From Olsenella sp. (GTDB lineage Bacteria > Actinomycetota > Coriobacteriia > Coriobacteriales > Atopobiaceae): a stretch of 64,000 bases of DNA. Positions 54,288 through 64,000 of the stretch are shown in pieces (positions within the stretch are counted from its first letter, which is position 1; the number at the start of each line of letters is the position of its first letter). The position numbers and the translations under genes are program-made. The notes under the pieces were generated by a model. That model was not told the origin of the DNA and did not search any database. It was given only the letters and a program-made list of their open reading frames with translations. The DNA lies in NCBI GenBank assembly GCA_036454645.1, contig JAZHSQ010000003.1:20504-84503 (forward strand), read 5' to 3'.

Positions 54288-54692
54288 ATGCAAAAGGAGA
54301 GCTGCGTCTTCTGCAGGATCGCGCGCCACGAGGCGCCCGCGACGGTCCTCTACGAGGACGACCTGGTCATCGCGTTCGAGGACATCCACCCCTTCATGCC
54401 CGTCCACGTGCTCGTCATCCCCAAGCAGCACTACGACGGCCTGGACGACGACGTGCCCGAGCAGACCCTCGGCCGCTGCCTCAGGGTCGCGGCGGACCTG
54501 GCGCGCGAGAAGGGCCTCGAGCGCGGCTACCGCCTCCAGGTCAACACCGGTGCGGACGGCGGCCAGACGGTCCGCCACCTGCACCTCCACGTCCTCGGCG
54601 GCGGCAGGATGACGAGCCCGGAGCTGCAGGACTGGGGCCCTCTCGCCTCCAACGCGGCGCGCTTCTACGACGAGGACGGGCGCCGGCTGTAG
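54288..54692 (+). CDS. HIT family protein
   Basis: CVFCRI, AFEDIHP, HVLVIPKQH, GQTVRHLHLHVLGG. Confidence 0.93.
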   Translation: MQKESCVFCRIARHEAPATVLYEDDLVIAFEDIHPFMPVHVLVIPKQHYDGLDDDVPEQTLGRCLRVAADLAREKGLERGYRLQVNTGADGGQTVRHLHLHVLGGGRMTSPELQDWGPLASNAARFYDEDGRRL

Positions 54693-54735
54693 GGTCGGAG
54701 TACGGTCCGCGCGGCAAGAGGGGGGGAGAGGCAGG

Positions 54736-55302
54736 ATGGAGACGTTGGCAGAGGCCGCGAAGGCATACCGGGGCAAGGGCTACACCTGCGCCGAGTCGGT
54801 GTTCCTGGCGGCGAACAAGGTGTGGGACCTGGGGTATGCGGACGACCTCAGCCCGATCATGGCGGGCTTCGGCGGGGGCATGCACTGCGGCGAGGTGTGC
54901 GGCGCCATCAGCGGCGGCATCGCGGCGATGGGGCTCAAGTACTGCGGCGGCAACGGCCACAACTCCCCGCTCCTCTCGATCAAGTGCAACCTCTTCGTGA
55001 CGACGGTGCGCGAGCGCGCCGGCCACATCCGCTGCGACGAGCTCGGGCCCATCTTTCGTACCGAGGAGGAGGACTGCGACCCCACGGTCGTGATGATCGC
55101 GAAGATCCTCGAGGAGGTCGACGCCCTGGAGGTCGACGTGCCCGAGGTCGTAGACTATGACCTGCGCTACCCGCCGGCGGGCAAGCCCGGGTTCCGCGAG
55201 ATGTTCGAGCAGGCGAAGGAGAAGCTCGCGCGCACCAGCTCCGCCGTGGCCCTCAACGCGGACCGCGACGACCTCGTGCGGGGCGGCAGGCCCATGGCGT
55301 AG
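54736..55302 (+). CDS. C-GCAxxG-C-C family putative redox protein
   Basis: YTCAESV, GFGGGM, EVCGAISGG, IRC, DC. Confidence 0.85.
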   Translation: METLAEAAKAYRGKGYTCAESVFLAANKVWDLGYADDLSPIMAGFGGGMHCGEVCGAISGGIAAMGLKYCGGNGHNSPLLSIKCNLFVTTVRERAGHIRCDELGPIFRTEEEDCDPTVVMIAKILEEVDALEVDVPEVVDYDLRYPPAGKPGFREMFEQAKEKLARTSSAVALNADRDDLVRGGRPMA

Positions 55303-55348
55303 GCGCAGGTCCCATGCCGCAGGGCGCGATTCGTAGGGAGGCAGGCCC

Positions 55349-55963
55349 ATGGCAGAGCCACTGGTCGACAAGAACGGTCTCACCGAGGAGGAGTTCCTCG
55401 CGCGCTACACCCCCAAGGACTACCCGCGCCCCTCGCTCACGGCGGACAACTGCGTGTTCAGGCGCTCGGGCGCGGGCGCGCCGGAGCTCCTGCTCGTCAG
55501 GCGCGGCGGCCATCCCTACATGGGGCGCTGGGCGCTCCCCGGCGGCTTCGTGAGCCCCGGGGAGACCGCGCTGGAGGCCTCCGCGCGCGAGCTCGTCGAG
55601 GAGACGGGCGTCCGCGGCCTCGCGCTCGAGCCCGTCGGCCTCTACAGCGAGCCCGGGCGCGACCCGCGCGGCTGGGTCGTCTCCCAGGCCTTCGTCGCCC
55701 TGGACGCCGAGGGCAGGACGGCGCGCGCCGGCGACGACGCCGCGGACGCGCGCTGGTTCTCGCTCAACGCCTCCTGCGGCAGCGACCGCGGGCGCATCGT
55801 CTGCACGGCGGGCGACGCGGTCCTGACCTGCGAGTTCGAGGTCGCCCGCGGCCCGGTCACGGGCAGGCCGCAGGCGCGCGGCGTGCGTGGCGAGGGCTTC
55901 GCCTTCGACCACGCGCGGATCGTCGCCGACGCCTACCTGCTCGCCTCCGGCGCGCTTTCCTAG
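55349..55963 (+). CDS. NUDIX hydrolase (ADP-ribose pyrophosphatase-like)
   Basis: PSLTAD, WALPGGFV..GET...SARELVEETG, RDPR, AGDDA, AFDH. Confidence 0.92.
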   Translation: MAEPLVDKNGLTEEEFLARYTPKDYPRPSLTADNCVFRRSGAGAPELLLVRRGGHPYMGRWALPGGFVSPGETALEASARELVEETGVRGLALEPVGLYSEPGRDPRGWVVSQAFVALDAEGRTARAGDDAADARWFSLNASCGSDRGRIVCTAGDAVLTCEFEVARGPVTGRPQARGVRGEGFAFDHARIVADAYLLASGALS

Positions 55964-55972
55964 GGGGTGCCC

Positions 55973-56524
55973 ATGGCAGGGAAGGGACCGGCCTCCGGCA
56001 GGGGCGCCTCCGGTGGTGGCTCCGGCAGGGGCGAGAGGAACGTCGCGCCCATGAGCGCCCGCACGCAGACGGCGCTCGTCGTCTGCGTGCTCGTGGCGAC
56101 GGTCGTGCTCGTGTACGTGCTGCAGGGGGCGCTCGACCTCGACACGGTGCAGGCCCTGCTCGTGGGGTCGCTGCTGATCGTGGTCGTGGGGCTGGGGTTC
56201 ACCTGGCTGCTCGTCGGCGCCCGCAGGCACCAGATCGCCGTGGACGGGCGCGCCACCTGCGAGCCCATCCTGGAGCGCTACGGGCGGACGCACAACGCGA
56301 CCAGGCTCGTCTCGGACTACGACGCCTGGCGCAAGCAGCCGCACGACCCCCAGCTCGTCTACACCTTCACCAGGGCCACCGTCGAGGCACTCGTCGACGC
56401 TCACCACTACAAGCAGGCGCGCCGCCAGCTCGCGCTCCTCGCCGAGATGCCCGCCACGCCGCGGACGCGGCAGGAGTTCGAGGACTTCAGGCGGGAGTGC
56501 CAGCGGCGGATGTCCGGCAGGTAG
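55973..56524 (+). CDS. Hypothetical membrane protein
   Basis: Two TM segments plus soluble tail; operon position; start uncertain. Confidence 0.7.
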   Translation: MAGKGPASGRGASGGGSGRGERNVAPMSARTQTALVVCVLVATVVLVYVLQGALDLDTVQALLVGSLLIVVVGLGFTWLLVGARRHQIAVDGRATCEPILERYGRTHNATRLVSDYDAWRKQPHDPQLVYTFTRATVEALVDAHHYKQARRQLALLAEMPATPRTRQEFEDFRRECQRRMSGR

Positions 56525-56532
56525 GGGGAGGC

Positions 56533-56838
56533 GTGGGCCTCGCGTACCCGGGCGGCCAGGCCGCCGGCGCCTCCCCGCTGGCGCTCTACCTGCTGCTCGT
56601 GAACCTCGTGACCTTCCTCGTGGCCGCGGCCAGGCACCGCGCGGCCACCGGCGCCTCCCGCGTCCCCGAGTCGGTCCTCCTCGGCCTGTGCCTCGCAGGC
56701 GGGTCGGTGGGAGGCATGCTCGGCATGCGGCTCGCGCGGCACAAGACGAGGAAGTGGTACTTCTCCCGGGGGCTGCCGGCCATCTGCGCCCTCCAGCTCG
56801 CGCTCCTCGCGTTCGCCCACCAGGCGGGCGCGGTCTAG
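56533..56838 (+). CDS. DUF1294 family protein
   Basis: YLLLVNLVTF, RVPESVLL, GGSVG, RHKTRK. Confidence 0.85.
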   Translation: MGLAYPGGQAAGASPLALYLLLVNLVTFLVAAARHRAATGASRVPESVLLGLCLAGGSVGGMLGMRLARHKTRKWYFSRGLPAICALQLALLAFAHQAGAV

Positions 56839-56893
56839 CGGCCGGCTCGCGGCGGCCTGGCCGCCGCCCCGAGCGCGTCCCGCTCGGGCGCCG

Positions 56894-57424
56894 CTAGATC
56901 CTCACCACCATCTGGTCCAGGGGCCTCCGGTCCCCGTGGTGATGGCTGGGCACGACGCCCTCCGCGGGGTAGCCGAGGTCGAGCAGGCACACGGGCACGA
57001 CGCCCTCCGGCGTCCCCAGCGCCTCGGCGACCTCGCGCGTGTCGTAGCCGCGCGCCCACAGGGTGCCCAGCCCCAGGTCGGTCGCCTCCATCATCATCTG
57101 GTCGCAGACGATCGAGGCGTCCATCTCCCGCGTGGTGTAGTCCTCGTAGAGGGTCTCGTGCCTGTTGTGGTACACGCGCGACAGGTCGCAGCACACGGCG
57201 AGCACCACGGGGGCGTCGAAGGCCATGCGCGTCGCCCCGCGCAGGCGCGCGAGCGCCTCCGGCGACTGCACCACGTAGACCACGACCGGCTGGTAGTTGC
57301 AGGCCGAGGGCGCGACGCGCCCGGCCTCCAGGACCTTGTCGAGCTTCTCCGGCTCCACGGGGCGCTGGTCGAACCTCCTTACCGAGAAGCGCCTCCGTGC
57401 GAGGTCGAGGTAGTCCTTCTCCAT
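56894..57424 (-). CDS. Nitroreductase family protein
   Basis: RRFSVRRF, APSACNYQP, DASI, LGLGTLW, LGYP. Confidence 0.93.
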   Translation of the reverse strand: MEKDYLDLARRRFSVRRFDQRPVEPEKLDKVLEAGRVAPSACNYQPVVVYVVQSPEALARLRGATRMAFDAPVVLAVCCDLSRVYHNRHETLYEDYTTREMDASIVCDQMMMEATDLGLGTLWARGYDTREVAEALGTPEGVVPVCLLDLGYPAEGVVPSHHHGDRRPLDQMVVRI

Positions 57425-57563
57425 GCGTCCTCCCGTCCGGGCCCAGGGGCCCTTGTCGCTTGCGTTCGCACCACAGCATACCGCCCGCGGCCGGCGGCGG
57501 GCGGGCGCGGTCGCGCCTTGCCCACCGCGACCCGCCGCCGCGGCCTGGTCACCACGGCGTGCG

Positions 57564-58646
57564 CTATCGCGACGCGCGCCCCCGCGCCCGCTCGAGGCGC
57601 CGCCACTGGACGTCCGCCCAGCGCTCGTTGTTGAGGATCGCCCGACCGACCCCCACGAGGTCGCAGGCGCCGTCCTCGAGGAGGCGCTCGGCGTCGCCGA
57701 TCCTCCGGACGCCCCCGGCGAGGATCACGGGCACGCCCACGGCCGCGCGGACCGGTGCGGAGAGGTCTGAGAAGTAGCCCGGCTCCTTCGTGTCGATCCT
57801 GGTGTAGTAGTTCATGCCGCCCGAGACGGAGAGGAGGTCGACGCCGGCGGCCTCGAGCAGCCGCGCGGCCTCGACGCCGTCCGCCACCTCGTTGCCGCCC
57901 GGGCGGTAGTCGCAGCCCCCGAGCCGCACGGAGAGCGCCGTGCCCCCGGAGAGCTCGGAGCGCACGGCGTCCACCACCTCGAGGGTGATCCTCAGCCTGC
58001 CGCGCACGTCGCCGCCGTAGTCGTCCTCGCGCAGGTTGGTGAGGGGCGAGAAGAACTGGTCGAGCAGGTAGCCGTGCGCGGCGTGGACCTCGACGCCGTC
58101 GAAGCCGGCGAGCCGCGCCCGCCTGGCCGCCCTCGCGAAGGCCTCCACCACGCGGGCGATGTCGGCGGCGTCCATGGCGCGCGGCAGCTCGTGGCCCACC
58201 TTGGCGCCGGGCGCGAGCCGCTCGCTCGGCGCGATGGGGCGCTCGCCCGTGAGCGCGCTCGAGGCGGCGGAGCCCGCGTGGCTCAGCTGCACGAGGACGG
58301 GCGTGTCGCAGCCGTGGAGGGCCGCGGCCTCGTGCCTCAGCCCCTCCACGTCGGAGTCGCGCGAGATCGAGGCCTGGTGCGGGTTGGCCCTGCCCTCGGG
58401 GGAGACGAAGTGGTGCTCGCACTCGACGAGCCCCAGGTGCCGGCCGCGCGCACGCGCGACGTAGTGGGCGCAGAGGGCGTCGGTCACCCCTCCCGCCGCG
58501 TCCGCCTTGGCGGTGGCGACGGGCACCATCACGAGGCGGTCGCGCAGGACGATGCCGGGTCGGGCGAGCGCGAGCGGCCGCGCGACGAGGGCGCCGTCGG
58601 CCGGCCCGCCACCTCCCGGCGTTGCGTCCTCCGGGGTCGTGCCCAT
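57564..58646 (-). CDS. NADH:flavin oxidoreductase (old yellow enzyme family)
   Basis: QLSHAG, AGFDGVEVHAAHGYLLDQFFSPLTNLREDDYGG, DLVGVGRA; ATG 58646. Confidence 0.92.
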   Translation of the reverse strand: MGTTPEDATPGGGGPADGALVARPLALARPGIVLRDRLVMVPVATAKADAAGGVTDALCAHYVARARGRHLGLVECEHHFVSPEGRANPHQASISRDSDVEGLRHEAAALHGCDTPVLVQLSHAGSAASSALTGERPIAPSERLAPGAKVGHELPRAMDAADIARVVEAFARAARRARLAGFDGVEVHAAHGYLLDQFFSPLTNLREDDYGGDVRGRLRITLEVVDAVRSELSGGTALSVRLGGCDYRPGGNEVADGVEAARLLEAAGVDLLSVSGGMNYYTRIDTKEPGYFSDLSAPVRAAVGVPVILAGGVRRIGDAERLLEDGACDLVGVGRAILNNERWADVQWRRLERARGRASR

Positions 58647-58800
58647 GCCGCGTCCCTCTCCTGCCACGTCAGCCCTCCGCAACTCGTCGCCTTCATCGGG
58701 GCAATGATGCCCCCGGAGGGGCGGCGCCGCAAGCAGGCCGCGAGCGCGGCGCGCGGGGGGCGCGAGCGTGCCGTAGCCGAAAGCGTCGCCAGAGAGGGGA

Positions 58801-58832
58801 GGGCGGCGAGAAGTCCGTCCTTCTCGCCGCCC
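58801..58832 (-). terminator. Hairpin downstream of the PTS gene
   Basis: GGGCGGCGAGAAG-TCCGTC-CTTCTCGCCGCCC. Confidence 0.65.
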
Positions 58833-58903
58833 GCGCTTGTCGTCCATGGTTGCCGGTCGCCGCCCTGCACGAGGCCGCGCGCCCGCCGGCTGGGGCCTGC
58901 CGC

Positions 58904-60961
58904 CTACTTGAGCTCGACCAGGGGGTCGCCCGCCTTGACGGGGCCGTCGACGCCCACGACCGAGGAGTAGGAGTCCGTGTTGGTGACGACGACCATGGCG
59001 GTGGTCCTCTTGCCCGCGGCCTCGATCGCCTCCAGGTCGACGTCCATCAGCAGGTCGCCCCTCCTGACCCTGTCGCCGAGCTTGCAGTGCGCGGAGAACG
59101 GCGCGCCCTTGAGCTCGACCGTGTCGATGCCGATGTGGATCAGTACCTCGGCGCCGTCGTCTGAGAGCAGGCCGATCGCGTGGCCGGTCTCGGCCAGCAC
59201 GGTGACGGTGCCGTCCACGGGGGAGAGCACCCTGCCCTCGGTCGGCTCCACGGCCTCGCCCTTGCCCATGGCCTCGGAGGCGAAGACGGGGTCCGCAACG
59301 GAGGCCATGGCGATGGCGGTGCCGCTCATCGGCGAGGCGAGCGTCTCGGGGGCCACCCGGACGGGCTCGGTGTCGTTGGCGGCCTCGGCGATGGCGCCGG
59401 CCTGGTCGGCGGTCGCCTGGCTCTCGGCCACGACCTGGGTGGTCTCCGCGGGGGTGGCCTTCTCCTCGTCGTCGCGGTAGAGGACCGTGGTGAGCCCGAA
59501 GGCGACGCCGGCGGAGACGAGGATGCAGATGGCGTACTGGAGGGTGTAGCCGGTGGTGATCAGGAAGCCGAAGAGGCCCGTGATGCCGTAGGCGATGGAG
59601 ACGACGCCGAACAGCGAGCTCAGGGCGCCGCCGACGGCCGCACCCACCATGGCGGCGACGAAGGGCTTCATGCTGGGCAGGTTGACGCCGTAGATGGCCG
59701 GCTCGGTGATGCCGAGGAAGCCGGAGATGCCGGAGGGCAGCGCGAGCTCCTTCATCTTCATCCGCTTGGTCTTGACGAAGACCGCCAGGCAGGCGGCGCC
59801 CTGCGCCACGTTGCAGCAGGAGATGATCGGGTTGAAGTTGTCCACGCCGGTGTTGGCGATGAGGGTGGCCTCGAGGGCGTTGAACATGTGGTGCACGCCG
59901 AGGACGACCGTGGCCGGGTAGATCGCGCCGACGAGCGCGCCGCCCAGGCCGAACGGGATGGAGAGCAGCCACTGGAAGCCGTACATGACGCCGTTCTCCA
60001 CCAGGGAGAAGACCGGGCCGATGACGGTCAGGAGCAGGGTGCCGGTCACGAGGACGGTGACGAGCGGCGTGACGAAGAGGTCGAACATGTCCGGCACGTG
60101 CTTGTGCAGCCACTTCTCGATCAGGCACATGACGAACACGGCGATCACGATGGGGATGACGTGGCCCTGGTAGCCCTGGAGCGTGACGTTGTAGGCGCCG
60201 AAGAGCGTGACCTGCGGGATGCCGCCGGCGGCCATGATGGCGTCCGACGTGGCCTCGGCCGCCGTGACCGCCGAGCCGGTCTGCGCGGAGAGCCACGCCG
60301 CCGCGGCCTGCGAGCCCACGACCTGGAAGGCGGAGCTGCCGAACTTCTCGATCGCGCCGGGGATGCTCCAGGCGTTGATGAGGGCGGTGTGGTTGGCGAT
60401 CATGCCGATGACGCCGCCCAGGTACTCGTTGCCGCCGAAGACGCGCGCGGCGGAGAAGCCGATGAGGATCTGCAGGAAGACGAAGGAGGCGTTGGAGAAC
60501 GCATGGACGAGGATCCACCAGCCGTTGGTGGAGAGGGCGCCGCCCATGGCGTTGTTGATGCCCTCTGTGAGGCCCATGAGCAGGCCGGACGCGACGATGG
60601 CGGGGATGATGGGGACGAAGACGTCGCCGAGCGCCTTGATGGCGCGCTGGAAGGGGTTGGCCTTCTGGGCCGCGGCCTGCTTGACGTCGTCCTTCGAGGC
60701 GGCCGAGACGCCCGCGAGCCTTATGAACTCGTCGTACACCTTGTTGACCGTGCCGGTGCCGTAGATGACCTGCAGCTGGCCGGAGGCCTCGAAGCTGCCC
60801 TTGGCGCCGACGGCGTTCTCCACCTTGTCCTTGTCGATCTTGGAGTTGTCGGCGATGACGAGGCGGAGGCGCGTCGCGCAGTGGGCCGCGGACACGATGT
60901 TGCCCGGCCCCCCGACCGCCTCCAGGATCTCCTGAGCCGCCTGCCTGTGGTCGAGTGCCAT
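58904..60961 (-). CDS. scrA: PTS sucrose-family EIIBCA
   Basis: HCATRLR (EIIB Cys), GVHH, GITEPAIYG, DPVFA, HAIGL, LIHIGIDTV (EIIA His). Confidence 0.93.
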   Translation of the reverse strand: MALDHRQAAQEILEAVGGPGNIVSAAHCATRLRLVIADNSKIDKDKVENAVGAKGSFEASGQLQVIYGTGTVNKVYDEFIRLAGVSAASKDDVKQAAAQKANPFQRAIKALGDVFVPIIPAIVASGLLMGLTEGINNAMGGALSTNGWWILVHAFSNASFVFLQILIGFSAARVFGGNEYLGGVIGMIANHTALINAWSIPGAIEKFGSSAFQVVGSQAAAAWLSAQTGSAVTAAEATSDAIMAAGGIPQVTLFGAYNVTLQGYQGHVIPIVIAVFVMCLIEKWLHKHVPDMFDLFVTPLVTVLVTGTLLLTVIGPVFSLVENGVMYGFQWLLSIPFGLGGALVGAIYPATVVLGVHHMFNALEATLIANTGVDNFNPIISCCNVAQGAACLAVFVKTKRMKMKELALPSGISGFLGITEPAIYGVNLPSMKPFVAAMVGAAVGGALSSLFGVVSIAYGITGLFGFLITTGYTLQYAICILVSAGVAFGLTTVLYRDDEEKATPAETTQVVAESQATADQAGAIAEAANDTEPVRVAPETLASPMSGTAIAMASVADPVFASEAMGKGEAVEPTEGRVLSPVDGTVTVLAETGHAIGLLSDDGAEVLIHIGIDTVELKGAPFSAHCKLGDRVRRGDLLMDVDLEAIEAAGKRTTAMVVVTNTDSYSSVVGVDGPVKAGDPLVELK

Positions 60962-61047
60962 GGGTCCTCCTCTGTGGACTGGCGCCAGCCCGCCCCCCAG
61001 GAAGCCGCGGGACGGGCCACGGGCACTCCGCACGGAGCCGAGCCCGT

Positions 61048-61063
61048 GTGAAATCGTTCTCAC
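61048..61063. promoter_or_regulatory. LacI-family/cre-like operator upstream of scrA
   Basis: GTGAAATCGTTCTCAC; related TGAAATCG half-site on the minus strand near 62385-62398 between scrR and scrB. Confidence 0.6.
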
Positions 61064-61292
61064 TCCATTGTCGAACGTCAGGGGGTCGGTGGCTGACCGC
61101 AGTCAGACAGAAAAGGCGGACGGTTGTGATAAAGCCGCGGGTGGTGGAGGTTTCAGCGGTTAACAAAACGCGTGGTCCGCCGAGCGGTAGCCCGTCCGCA
61201 GGGCGCGGGTGCCGGCTCGTCCGCGGGACGCGGTTGCCAGCCCCGCCCGGGACCTCCCCGCGCTACGCCCTCAGCCCCGCCCGGACCCCGCG

Positions 61293-62285
61293 CTACGCCC
61301 CCCAGCGGGTCGAGTTCCTCGAGAAGATCTCGTAGCTCATGCACACCCGCTGCGCGCGGTCCTCCGCCTTGCCCATGGCGTCCAGCAGCATCTTGGCCGC
61401 CTGCTCGCCGCTCGTGCGGTAGTGGTAGCGCAGCGTGGTCAGCGTGGGCGTCATGACCTGCGCGATGTCGGAGTCGCCGAGGCCCGTCACCTGCACGTCG
61501 GAGGGAACCTCGCGCCCGTACTCCCTGAGGCACGCCATGGCGCCGGCCGCGATGCGGTCCGTGGCGCACACGACGGTGTCCACCTCGGGGTGGGCGTCGA
61601 TGAGCCGCTCGCACGCGAGGTAGCCCGCCTCTATCGTGAACTCCGAGCGCGGCAGCTCCTCGCCGACCGGCGCCACGCCCCGCTCGGCGCAGGCGGAGAG
61701 GAACCCCTCGTGGCGGTCGTGCCCGGCGGCCACGTCCTCGTCCATGACGCCGAGGTAGGCGGGCCGCTCGCCGTTGGCGAGCGCGTGCAGGGTGATGTCG
61801 CGCACGGCGTGGAAGTCGTCGTGGTAGACGCAGCGGTGCCCGTCGACCCTCTGGCCCAGGATGACGTGGGGCAGCGAGAGGGCGCCCAGGGTCCTCAGGT
61901 GCTCGGGGGTGAGGACGGTCGCCACGAGGATGAGGCCGTCCACGGACCCGCTGTCGGAGAAGAGCTTGAGGTAGTCGACCTCGCTCATGGCCTCGTTGGC
62001 CGTGTTGGCGAGCAGGATCTGGTAGCGCGCCCTCCCGAGCACGTCCGAGAGCCCCGTCACCATGCGGGAGATGGAGGTGGAGTTGATCTTGGGGATGATG
62101 ACGCCGACGACCCCGGTCTTGCCGGTGCGCAGCGTCTGTGCCTGGCGGGAGGGGACGTAGCCCGTCCTCTCGATGACCTCCGCGATGCGCCTGCGCTTCT
62201 CGTCCGAGACGTACCCGTCGTTCAGGAAGCGCGAGACGGTCGCGCGCGAGACCCCCGCCATGGCGGCGATGGTGTTGATGTCCAT
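61293..62285 (-). CDS. scrR: LacI family repressor
   Basis: INTIAAMAGVSRATVSRFLN, YVPSRQAQTL, CATDRIA, VPSDVQVTG, PTLTT. Confidence 0.92.
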   Translation of the reverse strand: MDINTIAAMAGVSRATVSRFLNDGYVSDEKRRRIAEVIERTGYVPSRQAQTLRTGKTGVVGVIIPKINSTSISRMVTGLSDVLGRARYQILLANTANEAMSEVDYLKLFSDSGSVDGLILVATVLTPEHLRTLGALSLPHVILGQRVDGHRCVYHDDFHAVRDITLHALANGERPAYLGVMDEDVAAGHDRHEGFLSACAERGVAPVGEELPRSEFTIEAGYLACERLIDAHPEVDTVVCATDRIAAGAMACLREYGREVPSDVQVTGLGDSDIAQVMTPTLTTLRYHYRTSGEQAAKMLLDAMGKAEDRAQRVCMSYEIFSRNSTRWGA

Positions 62286-62500
62286 GCGATGCGCCCTTCC
62301 GCGCGCGTCCCGGACGAGGCCCTTCCCCGTGCGCAGCCTCCCTCCGGACGCGCTTCCCCTAGGGTAACTTTCCCTCGCCGCAGTTTCGCACGATTTCAGC
62401 GAGAGGCGCCCCACGCGAGACGGCGGACCCTAATATGGGAGTGTCCGAGCGCCCGACCGAGAGCGGGCGGGCGCGCCGAGCCCGCCCGAAGGAGGCCGCC

Positions 62501-63949
62501 ATGACCACGCCGCTCGCCCGAGACCTCGACCGCCTCCGCAGGGTCGCGGAGGAGGGCGCCCGCCCCGGGCGCTTCGCCCAGCGCCTGCACCTCATGCCCC
62601 CGGTGGGCTGGCTCAACGACCCCAACGGGCTCTGCCAGTACCATGGTGCCTACCACGCCTTCTTCCAGTACGCGCCCTTCTCGGCGGACGGCTCCGGCGT
62701 CAAGATGTGGGGCCACAGCGCGAGCCGCGACCTCCTCTCCTGGGACTACCTCGGCGTCGCCGTCTTCCCCGACCAGCCCTTCGACGTCACGGGCGCCTAC
62801 TCGGGCTGCGCCCTCGTCGAGGGCGATGACATGGAGGTCTTCTACACGGGCAACGTCAAGCTCGTCGACGACGGCTCCCACGACTACGTGACCTCCGGCC
62901 GCGAGGCCAACACGGTGCGCGCCACCTGCGCGGACGGCGTGACCCTCTCCCGCCGGCACGTGGTCATGCGCAACGCGGACTACCCCGCAGACGACACCGA
63001 GCACGTCCGCGACCCCAAGGTCTGGCGCCGCGGCGACTCCTACCTCATGGTCCAGGGGGCCCGTCGCGCGGACGACGTGGGCGAGGTGCTCGTGTTCTCC
63101 TCGCCCGACCTCGAGCGCTGGCGGCTCGTGAACCGCGTGACCACGGAGCGCCCCTTCGGCTACATGTGGGAGTGCCCCGACTACCTCGAGCTGGCGGACC
63201 CCGCGCGCCCGGGCGGCGTCGCCCGGCTGCTCTCGGTCTCGCCGCAGGGGCTCTCCGGAGGCGACTGGGACCGCCGCAACGTCTACCAGTCCGGCTTCTT
63301 CGAGCTTGCGGGCGACGTGGCGTCCTCCTGCACGCTCGGCGACTTCGCGCTGTGGGACGCCGGCTTCGACTTCTACGCCCCTCAGACCTTCCTCGCCGAC
63401 GACGGCCGGCGGATCCTCGTGGGGTGGATGGGGATGCCGGACGAAGAGGGCTACGTGAACCCCACCGTCGCCGACGGCTGGCAGCACTGCCTCACCCTCC
63501 CGCGCGAGGTCACCTCCGAGGGCGGCCGCGTGCGCCAGCGCCCGGTGAGGGAGCTTCGCGCCCTGCGCCGCAACCTCCGCGAGGCGACCGGCTCGCTCGA
63601 GGCGCCCCTGGCGGGGTGCTGCTTCGACCTCGAGGTCGACCGGCCGGAGGGCACCGGCGGCCGGGCGTGCGTCACCATCGCCGACGAGCTCTCGGTCCGC
63701 TGGGAGGACGGCACGCTCTCGATGCGCTTCTCCGACCCCACCAGGGGCTCGGTCGGCGCCGGGCGCACCCTGCGCTACGAGCCGCTCGCGTCGCTCTCGG
63801 GCCTGCGCGTCGTAGGCGACGCGTCCTCCGTGGAGGTCTTCGCGAACGACGGCGGGCTGTGCCTCTCCACGCGCTACTACCCCAGGCGCTACGGCGTCTG
63901 CGTGGACGCCCCCGGCGCCCGCGTGCGCCTCTGGGACATCGCGCGCTAG
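62501..63949 (+). CDS. scrB: GH32 sucrose-6-phosphate hydrolase
   Basis: WLNDPNG, YSG, RDP, MWECP, FDFYAPQ; GAAGGAGG RBS. Confidence 0.95.
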   Translation: MTTPLARDLDRLRRVAEEGARPGRFAQRLHLMPPVGWLNDPNGLCQYHGAYHAFFQYAPFSADGSGVKMWGHSASRDLLSWDYLGVAVFPDQPFDVTGAYSGCALVEGDDMEVFYTGNVKLVDDGSHDYVTSGREANTVRATCADGVTLSRRHVVMRNADYPADDTEHVRDPKVWRRGDSYLMVQGARRADDVGEVLVFSSPDLERWRLVNRVTTERPFGYMWECPDYLELADPARPGGVARLLSVSPQGLSGGDWDRRNVYQSGFFELAGDVASSCTLGDFALWDAGFDFYAPQTFLADDGRRILVGWMGMPDEEGYVNPTVADGWQHCLTLPREVTSEGGRVRQRPVRELRALRRNLREATGSLEAPLAGCCFDLEVDRPEGTGGRACVTIADELSVRWEDGTLSMRFSDPTRGSVGAGRTLRYEPLASLSGLRVVGDASSVEVFANDGGLCLSTRYYPRRYGVCVDAPGARVRLWDIAR

Positions 63950-64000
63950 GGAGCAGGCCCCCTCCTCTGCCGACGGCGCCAGGCCGATCGGCCGAGGAGG

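Noticed and set aside
57564-61166. 1200-aa ORF suggesting a giant flavoprotein
   Set aside because: Only the last 360 aa (from ATG 58646) are an OYE; the upstream part is an off-frame read of scrA.
61240-61302. Duplicated CCCCGCGCTACGCCC at the scrR 3' end
   Set aside because: Small slippage duplication of the stop-codon region; no evident function.

Overview
GC-rich chromosomal window, most likely from an anaerobic Coriobacteriia (Atopobiaceae, Olsenella-like); this is inferred from gene content and style. The first ~11 kb is a selenium/glycine-reductase locus: 5' part of grdE, grdX, a LysR regulator, DUF3343, a Sec-containing selD (in-frame TGA missed by the ORF track), a GT4 glycosyltransferase, tRNA-Sec, selA, selB, a YedF-like sulfurtransferase and a class V PLP enzyme. 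The rest holds a Cof hydrolase, pfk, tpx, a LOG protein, two YhgE/Pip genes, an AI-2E transporter, a TIGR00300-type cyclodeaminase-like protein, a GNAT, cstA, a two-component system leading a Dlt-like operon (A domain/ACP/MBOAT/SGNH), metY, a BASS transporter, rsmJ, cadA, pepF, a frameshifted LRR sortase-anchored protein, a tyrosine phosphatase fused to a His-less EIIA-like domain, engB, helD, a DUF3516 helicase, HIT/C-GCAxxG-C-C/NUDIX genes, flavoenzymes and a sucrose PTS locus. Best novelty candidates: the selD-coupled glycosyltransferase, the phosphatase/pseudo-EIIA fusion, the Dlt-like A domain lacking the amino-binding Asp, the structured cstA leader, and terminators inside the sel cluster. 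No CRISPR array, rRNA, integrase or transposase was seen. All family calls come from motif recognition by eye, not database searches.
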